A DNA stretch of 62,698 nt from an uncultured Candidatus Micrarchaeota archaeon. Lineage in GTDB: Archaea > Micrarchaeota > Micrarchaeia > Micrarchaeales > Micrarchaeaceae. Below the pieces are notes generated by a model that ran no database searches, was not told the origin of the DNA, and saw only the letters and a program-made list of their open reading frames with translations. Of the stretch, positions 56,443 through 62,698 are shown piece by piece. A program made the position numbers and the translations under genes. Numbering within the stretch: the stretch's first letter is position 1; each line of letters begins with the position of its first letter. The DNA lies in NCBI GenBank assembly GCA_963741095.1, contig CAVUGN010000006.1, positions 1 through 62,698 on the forward strand, given 5' to 3'.

Positions 56443-56889
56443 GTGACAACCGCGTCGAAAAGTGGGGAAAATTCCGTATCCACGTACAAATTGATACTTT
56501 ACACTGCTCCGATAATGCCCGGAGTGCCAGCCAGTTACGGCAGCATAACCAGCTCAGAGGAAGGGAAAACCGGTTCTGGAAGCTTGTGCATAAGGATAAA
56601 GATGTCGCCGCGCGAGTTCGATGCTACCCGGCCTGAGATGAAAGAATTGATGCAGGAAGCCAAGAATAATATAGACAGATTTGAATCGGGTATGCTTGGA
56701 TCGGTAAAATTGAGGTCAGAGGGGCAGGAGAAAGGCAGGGTCGAATGGAACTTGAGGTACGATGGGAAAGGCTATGCGGAGCTTTTCATTAATTCATGGA
56801 ATCCGATTTCCAGATGGATTGTGGACAGCAGCCTCGTCAGGATTGGGGGGGTCATAAAAGGCAGGGTCATAATGAATCCCCAACCGTAA
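56443..56889 (+). CDS. Orphan protein
   Basis: TTTATATA about 30 bp upstream of the GTG start. Confidence 0.6.
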   Translation: MTTASKSGENSVSTYKLILYTAPIMPGVPASYGSITSSEEGKTGSGSLCIRIKMSPREFDATRPEMKELMQEAKNNIDRFESGMLGSVKLRSEGQEKGRVEWNLRYDGKGYAELFINSWNPISRWIVDSSLVRIGGVIKGRVIMNPQP

Positions 56890-56975
56890 AGTTAAGTTGT
56901 TTATCTGTAAAAAATTAGGGCGCTAGGCGAAACACTGGCTCCGCCCGCGCCACAGGAATTTAGACGGCTTAGAGC

Positions 56976-57233
56976 TTACTTGCCGCTGTCGCAGTTGCAC
57001 GAGCCGTCTTTGCAGCAATCGCAGTTGCAATCGCTGCCGCATCCGCAACTACCGCTGCAGCCGCATCCGCAGCCGGAATCCGAGCTCATTGCCTTCAACA
57101 TCTTCGATTCGGCCATCATGTAGCCGTTGATGAATGCACGGAGCTCCTTCTCGCCCATCGAATCCAGCATCTCCTTTTTCATCTTCCACATCTTCATCTT
57201 TCCCTCCATCTTCTCATTTTTTCCTTGTTCCAT
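56976..57233 (-). CDS. Small protein with a metallothionein-like Cys/Gly/Ser C-terminus
   Basis: CGCGCSGSCGCGSDCNCDCCKDGSCNC. Confidence 0.7.
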   Translation of the reverse strand: MEQGKNEKMEGKMKMWKMKKEMLDSMGEKELRAFINGYMMAESKMLKAMSSDSGCGCGCSGSCGCGSDCNCDCCKDGSCNCDSGK

Positions 57234-57327
57234 CCAATCACAAGGATACTGCTCTTGCTAAGGCTAAAAAGCTTTCGCAGGCGTTCCGCTAATCCGGATT
57301 TTTTGACTGAAAATCGGCCCCTTCGCA

Positions 57328-58116
57328 TCATATTTCCAGTATCTCCCCGTTCCCTTTTGACTCGTCGCCCCTGCGCAGCATGGCGCACACATAGGGCGTG
57401 CTCATCTCCCCAGCCACGGCTTCAGGCTGCGCGGTGCCGATGAAGACGTATCCCTTCTTGAACAATTCCCACATGGCCCTCACGGGGCGGGCATATATCT
57501 CCCATTCGCTGAACCGGCGGCCTGCCAGATGCCAGAGCACGCCGAAGTACTTTACATAAAGAGCAGCCGAATAGGACATGGCCATCATCGCTTTTTCTGC
57601 GGCCTCGGCCTCGTTCAGCAGAACTATCCCGTTGACGGGCATGTCGATGAGCGCCCTGACCAGGTCCATGTCGAGCTTGGGCCTTGATTCCGCTTCGTGC
57701 ATCACCTTTGCGACACTGGGATTGCTCCTTGACACTGCCTCGATCACCGCATAGTCCACTGCAGAGGCGACATTCTTGAGACCGGCATTCTCTGCAGCAT
57801 TCGAAGCGACGGTGAAGGCCTTTATCTCCGTCATTCCCGTCGCTATCGCGGACGAAGCTTTTTTGGCATCGGCATGCCCGAGCAGCGATTCGATCTGGGC
57901 GAATGAATCCTTGTCTTCCTTCATTAACGCCTCTGATGCTATCATCGCGCCCGCAAGTTTGCGCCCGTAAAATCCCCGCAGCGCGGTTCCCGGATTCGGA
58001 TCAGGATTAGACAGGTTTACCTCTCTGATATCATGGCGGAAGAAATTGCCAATCCAACGCTGCTGGTACTGTGGCAGGACCGACACGACTTTCTGCAGGT
58101 CAATATCCTTCGACAT
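57328..58116 (-). CDS. Orphan Ala-rich helical protein (likely start MSKDID)
   Basis: GCATAAATA motif at about 58149-58157. Confidence 0.65.
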   Translation of the reverse strand: MSKDIDLQKVVSVLPQYQQRWIGNFFRHDIREVNLSNPDPNPGTALRGFYGRKLAGAMIASEALMKEDKDSFAQIESLLGHADAKKASSAIATGMTEIKAFTVASNAAENAGLKNVASAVDYAVIEAVSRSNPSVAKVMHEAESRPKLDMDLVRALIDMPVNGIVLLNEAEAAEKAMMAMSYSAALYVKYFGVLWHLAGRRFSEWEIYARPVRAMWELFKKGYVFIGTAQPEAVAGEMSTPYVCAMLRRGDESKGNGEILEI

Positions 58117-58183
58117 CGGATTACTGCTGTTTAAGTTGTCCAATCGGGTATTTATGCGTTCTGAACGAACCTCGCTTTTCGGC

Positions 58184-59779
58184 TCAGTTCTGCTCTGCCT
58201 TGCCGATGCCCACGTACTCCGCGTAGAACAGGGCGTCCTCCTTGTCGAGCTTCCTGAGCCCCACTAGGTTCTTGACCGCCGCATCGTCGTAACCGGCCGC
58301 CGCGTTGCTGCTCGCCGAGAGGCTGAGCAGGTATGACGAGAGGCACCCGGACACCTCTTTCGCTATGATCTTGACATGGTTTTTTATGGTGCCAGCTGCC
58401 AGTATCCCGTCAAGTGCGGCTTCGCGCTTATCGAAACGGAAGCGATCGCTGCTTCTTTTCGCGAACCACGAGGCAATTCCGGGCAGCTCGTCGTTCTTGG
58501 CCCTGCCGTCGAGCATTTCAAGTGCGCCCCTTGCGTCTTTTATCGTGTTCTCAGTCACGATACTCCTTATCTCGTCAATGCCGCGTATGATCCGAGTGTT
58601 CTCCTCCTCGATGCTGGAGTATCTTCCCGTGGTGACCAAGGATCTAAGCGATGCGGCCATGCGCATGGAATCGATTTTGACCAGTTCGTTCAGCAATGCG
58701 TTAAGCGTAGCCGACCCTTCCGGGCGTGAGATTGCGGTTTTTATGGCGCTCGTCATTCTCCGTTCTTCCTCTGGGGGGTAGTTGTACATCGCTTTTGCCT
58801 TTATTGTTTCGATGAATGCATTGTCCACCCCGGCATCCGCCAACTTCTTGCGGTAGTCGTCTTCGGTGTTGCTTATTTCATCAGACATGAGCTTCCTTAT
58901 GCGGTCTATTCCCTGCAGCATGCCACGGGCGAATGCCCCCCATTGTTTGTCAGAAGACTCTTCATTGTCAGGACTCTCCAGCGGAGCAACCCTTAACAAG
59001 GATCGGACAGCGGCCTCGCCGTGATACTTGATCAGGGTGTCGATCTCTTTGATTGACTGGATGTTCAGCGTAGCGCTCGTGTTCTCATTGCCGAAGAGCG
59101 CCGCGCTGGAGTCGGCATAAGCGGCAAGCGACATCAGGTGCCTCGCTACGCCATCGTTGATTATGTCGGCAATCGCCTTGCTAATTACGCTGATTTTCTG
59201 CTCCCACAAATCATCAAGGGGAGATAGCTCCTTTATTCTCACGAGCTCCTTCCGCACGTAGTTGTTGTTCGATTCGAAATCGAACTTGTCGTTCTGCCTC
59301 TCTTCGATCCAACGGCAGATTGCAGCTAGGTCTGGGATGCCTTGCTCGCCGAGCATCGAAGCGGCCTTATTCAGGTATCCCAGACTTCCGTAGTTGATGG
59401 CCTCCACCGTTCTCTCGAATGTTTTTGACATTTCGAGCGCGTGTAATTCGCGCATCGGGCCTTCCCCCATCATGCCGATGTAGGCGACCATTCGCATTGC
59501 ATAGTATTCGGCATCCGCGAAGATCAGGGCGCCCACCGCGACGCTGTTTGAATAGTCCAGATTTTTGCGGGAATCGGAAACGAGTGCGTTGTGCTCTTTC
59601 ACAATGCTTTCAAACTCCTTGATGCCGTCGTTCAGATTAGCCCTTTTCAGCGAATAGATTATCCTGTCCTCGATTTTGTTGGTCTCCGAGAGCAGGTAGG
59701 ACATGAGTGCATCCGTGCCGCTCTGCAGGTGCTGGTAACGGACTTCCAATGCCTTGTCTTGATTCTTGCCTGTTGTCAT
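58184..59779 (-). CDS. Orphan helical protein with an internal duplication
   Basis: L..I..W...R..D.F.F and L.SL.A....A each occur twice. Confidence 0.75.
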   Translation of the reverse strand: MTTGKNQDKALEVRYQHLQSGTDALMSYLLSETNKIEDRIIYSLKRANLNDGIKEFESIVKEHNALVSDSRKNLDYSNSVAVGALIFADAEYYAMRMVAYIGMMGEGPMRELHALEMSKTFERTVEAINYGSLGYLNKAASMLGEQGIPDLAAICRWIEERQNDKFDFESNNNYVRKELVRIKELSPLDDLWEQKISVISKAIADIINDGVARHLMSLAAYADSSAALFGNENTSATLNIQSIKEIDTLIKYHGEAAVRSLLRVAPLESPDNEESSDKQWGAFARGMLQGIDRIRKLMSDEISNTEDDYRKKLADAGVDNAFIETIKAKAMYNYPPEEERRMTSAIKTAISRPEGSATLNALLNELVKIDSMRMAASLRSLVTTGRYSSIEEENTRIIRGIDEIRSIVTENTIKDARGALEMLDGRAKNDELPGIASWFAKRSSDRFRFDKREAALDGILAAGTIKNHVKIIAKEVSGCLSSYLLSLSASSNAAAGYDDAAVKNLVGLRKLDKEDALFYAEYVGIGKAEQN

Positions 59780-59816
59780 CTTTTCACTCTAAAACATCAC
59801 TCGCTGATCTGGCATT

Positions 59817-60452
59817 TTACTTGCTCCTCATCTTTTCTTCGATCAATTCTTTTACTTCTTCATTTTTGACGTAAGTCAAAGCGGTGTATCCAAAACAATT
59901 CTCTGCTCCGGCATCCACATTCATGTTCAACATCATTTTGACGATCTCGTTGTTGCCGCCCTGTGCTGCATGGATCAGCAACGTGTTGTCGTCTTTGTCT
60001 TTTAGGCTTGCATCCGCCCCAAAATCCAGCAGGATCTTTGTAATTTTCATATTTCCGTGTATCGAAGCGTACATCAGTGCAGTTATGCCCCCGTGGTTTT
60101 TCATATTGGGATCGGCTCCGGCGTTGAGCAACGCTTCCACAATCTTGTAATGGCCTTTCAATGAAGCGCACATCAGCGCGGTCGCACCGCAGAAAGCGAA
60201 GTCGACATCGGCGCCTTTGCTTATCAGTTCCCTGATCTTGTTCGAGTTCGCGCTCATCTTATCCGATTCCGTGACAAGCTGCATCCCGAGCTGGGCTGAC
60301 TGCTCTTTGCTCACGATGGGCGGTCTTCTTAGTTCTATGGCGCTCTTGATGGTTTGATTGTCAACATCCGTGCCGAATTCTCTGACGAACGCTTTTATCG
60401 CGTCGGCTCGCTCCGGCGTCATCTTTCCATTGTTGTTCGCGCTCTGCTCCAT
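59817..60452 (-). CDS. Ankyrin-repeat protein with the conserved leader
   Basis: GATALMCAS, GITALMYAS, GADPN. Confidence 0.92.
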   Translation of the reverse strand: MEQSANNNGKMTPERADAIKAFVREFGTDVDNQTIKSAIELRRPPIVSKEQSAQLGMQLVTESDKMSANSNKIRELISKGADVDFAFCGATALMCASLKGHYKIVEALLNAGADPNMKNHGGITALMYASIHGNMKITKILLDFGADASLKDKDDNTLLIHAAQGGNNEIVKMMLNMNVDAGAENCFGYTALTYVKNEEVKELIEEKMRSK

Positions 60453-60453
60453 C

Positions 60454-61209
60454 TCACTTCGCCGCGTTTTTGAGTAGCTTCTTTATCTCTTTGTTTTTTG
60501 CGTAATCCATTGCCGTCCATCCTTCGTTGTCCTTCAGGTTTACGTTCGCATGTTTTTGCCCGGGGGCGCACACCATGGCGGATACAACGTCCGCCTTGCC
60601 TTCCAACGAGGCGCGCATCAGCGCAGTCCTGCCTTCATTGTCGGCCAGATCGGGGTCGGCTCCGTTGAGCATCAATTCCTTGACAATCCATTCGCAGCCG
60701 CGCGCCGCTGCCCTCATGAGGGCGGTCCTGCCTTCATTGTCCTGCGTGTCCAGGTTCGCGTGAGCGTTCATTAAAATTTCGAATATCTCCTCATGATTGT
60801 ACCATGAAGCGTACATCAGCGCCGTCTTTCCACCGTTGGTTTTGACATCCACGTCGGCGCCCAGACCAAGCAGCGTATCAACAGTGCTCTTTCGGTCTTT
60901 GCAAGCGGCGTACATCAGAGGAGCCAGGTCGTCATTGCTGTCCTTCGCATCTATCTCTGCCCCTTCGGATACGAGTTCCTTTATCTTTTTGTTGGAGGGA
61001 TGGTCTTGCTTGACCTCGTGGATCAGTTTCCCGTTAAGTCCTGCCACATCCTCCACCTTCGTCGTGTGCTTTCTTTCCTTTCCATTCAGATCAGCAATTT
61101 CCTTGCCGATCGGAGTGCCAGGAATTTCAGTTTCACGTCTTACGTACGCTTTCAATGCATCGGCTATCTCAGGAGTCATCCTTCCGTCCTTCTGGGCGTT
61201 GTTTTCCAT
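60454..61209 (-). CDS. Ankyrin-repeat protein with the conserved leader
   Basis: GKTALMYAS and DNEGRTALMRA (twice). Confidence 0.92.
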   Translation of the reverse strand: MENNAQKDGRMTPEIADALKAYVRRETEIPGTPIGKEIADLNGKERKHTTKVEDVAGLNGKLIHEVKQDHPSNKKIKELVSEGAEIDAKDSNDDLAPLMYAACKDRKSTVDTLLGLGADVDVKTNGGKTALMYASWYNHEEIFEILMNAHANLDTQDNEGRTALMRAAARGCEWIVKELMLNGADPDLADNEGRTALMRASLEGKADVVSAMVCAPGQKHANVNLKDNEGWTAMDYAKNKEIKKLLKNAAK

Positions 61210-61253
61210 ATTATTTGCCTTTTTGTTCGGATTTTTCTAGTTGCGCAGGCACG

Positions 61254-61745
61254 TTATGGGGCGTCCTCAATCTTGTGTAGCGAATACCGTGCCATTTCCA
61301 TTGCCCTTCCATGCATCTTGAATACGTCTCTCACTTTCAGTGTTACGTAAGCGGCACAGACGCCCCCCATCACGACAGAGCCGATTATGGTAACGGCATC
61401 GGCATTTCTATGGAACAGGCCGCTGATTGCCGAACTCATTATGGTTGTGGACACGCCAGTGTACGCGGCCGCCAAAGTTGACGTCGAAGCGATGTCGAGC
61501 TTCATCTTTGCCTTTTTGTGGACGTTATCGTTGAGATCCTTGAAGGCGTTTATCAGGAACGTTGCGCTGACCGCGGAGGCGAACAGCGCCCAGCCGTATC
61601 GGGTGACGGGATCATTAAGATTGAACGAGGCTATGGTTTTTGGGTCAAGATGAATCGGCGCAAAATCCTGCCTTAGTAAGGCCTGGGCGCCGTATGCTGC
61701 AGCTGAGCCCAGAGCGCCCTCTAGAATGGCCATTTTTGTTCCCAT
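61254..61745 (-). CDS. Membrane-associated orphan protein
   Basis: Ala/Ser-rich hydrophobic segments, GGTGA RBS. Confidence 0.6.
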   Translation of the reverse strand: MGTKMAILEGALGSAAAYGAQALLRQDFAPIHLDPKTIASFNLNDPVTRYGWALFASAVSATFLINAFKDLNDNVHKKAKMKLDIASTSTLAAAYTGVSTTIMSSAISGLFHRNADAVTIIGSVVMGGVCAAYVTLKVRDVFKMHGRAMEMARYSLHKIEDAP

Positions 61746-61830
61746 GTAGTCACCAATTATTGGGTTTTAAGAGATATTTATAGACGGATTTGCCCTTCGT
61801 CTATTGACGACTTATGGGCGTAAGGCAGGA

Positions 61831-62574
61831 TTAGCGGTTTATGTGCTTGAATGCCTGTTCCGGATCGTTTCTCGAATCGGCTATTAGGCTCTTTGAGGTA
61901 CCGGCCGTTATTTCGTACTCATCTTTTGCCATCGCACCTATCATCGCGTCTGCGACTTCCGCTGACGAGATGCTCCAGTCGTTCTTCTCCTGGACTTTTC
62001 CCTTCAGTTCCGTATCGTAAACGGTAGGCGGTATAAGCTCGAAGACCTTTATCGGAGTGCCCTTCAACTGGTAACGCAATGAGGTTGTGAAGGAGTGCAT
62101 CGCCGCCTTCGTCGCGCAATAAACGGGAAACCTTGCGAGCGGCACGAAGCCAAGGCCCGATGAGACGTTTATTATCGCGGCCTCGCTCTGCCGCAAAAAC
62201 ATGGGTATGAAGAGCGCTGAAAGGTAGATCTGCGCCTTGAAGTTGGTCTCTATCTCGCCTGGATTCTTAAGCAAGTCCTCCGCACCCTTGCGGAAGTCGA
62301 TCGATCTCTGTATACCGGCATTGTTGAGCAGAACGTTCGTGTTCTTGAAATTCACGCTTATCCAATCAAAAAGCTCGTTGCAGTCGCGCTCCTTCGAGAT
62401 GTCGCACCCGTGGATGTTGACCGTCGGCAGCTTCGCCTTGGCTTCCTTCAGTTTGTCTTCCCTCCTGCCGCAGATTATGACCTCGTTGCCGCTCTTGATG
62501 AACGATTCTGCCAGCGCAAACCCTATGCCCGTGGCGCCACCCGTTATCAGCACAGTGTTGTCTCCGGTTTTCAT
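61831..62574 (-). CDS. Short-chain dehydrogenase/reductase (DltE-like)
   Basis: TGGATGIG, NNAG, YCATKAA. Confidence 0.95.
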   Translation of the reverse strand: MKTGDNTVLITGGATGIGFALAESFIKSGNEVIICGRREDKLKEAKAKLPTVNIHGCDISKERDCNELFDWISVNFKNTNVLLNNAGIQRSIDFRKGAEDLLKNPGEIETNFKAQIYLSALFIPMFLRQSEAAIINVSSGLGFVPLARFPVYCATKAAMHSFTTSLRYQLKGTPIKVFELIPPTVYDTELKGKVQEKNDWSISSAEVADAMIGAMAKDEYEITAGTSKSLIADSRNDPEQAFKHINR

Positions 62575-62592
62575 TCCCTCGCGATTTATTTC

Positions 62593-62698
62593 TTAGGATC
62601 GTATCTTTATCCCTTCTTCCTTCTCCTTGATCGGATGGCTGCTGAATTGCGGCGTGAAATTGAGCTTACTGTAGTCGCCGTCAACGCAGGACGGACAG
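62593..62698 (-). CDS. 3' end of a gene running off the window (..CPSCVDGDYSKL...IKIRS*)
   Basis: Open frame to the window edge; CxxCxxGxY is reminiscent of the PurF C-terminus but too short to assign. Confidence 0.4.
   Translation of the reverse strand, partial: CPSCVDGDYSKLNFTPQFSSHPIKEKEEGIKIRS

Overview
Accessory region of an archaeal genome. The domain call is an inference from TATA-type promoters about 30-35 bp upstream of starts, GGTGA/GTGAT ribosome-binding sites, ATA/AGG codon preference, and Csa3-, HerA- and DUF2683-like genes. A DPANN/Micrarchaeota-like host is plausible, but the window has no marker gene. The window opens with an Oxford Nanopore adapter remnant, so some frameshifts are probably read errors. 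Layout: (i) 1-11.8 kb holds a broken EcoRI-type methylase, a membrane HerA/VirB4-like ATPase with a nuclease-like tail, a CARF-HTH regulator, GGCT, a UvrD-nuclease fusion, an AAA ATPase and an N-domain-only FtsZ. (ii) 11.8-27 kb and 38-40 kb form an integron-like stack of 1-2 gene cassettes (three RelE-type TA pairs, a Doc TA, an AbiE TA, two Fic proteins, GNAT, cupin, a Mo-oxidoreductase). These are separated by about 16-18 co-oriented copies of a degenerate 60-150 bp repeat matching the promoter and first codons of a Cas4-like nuclease gene. There is no attC consensus and no integrase. (iii) Long runs of orphan genes have disordered N-termini and share an extended promoter GCATAARTATYTC. Two ankyrin arrays carry a conserved ~25-aa N-terminal leader. 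Together these are a candidate host-directed effector repertoire. (iv) Ordinary metabolic and stress genes, and an 86-bp MITE with a 9-bp TSD. No rRNA, tRNA or CRISPR array was seen.
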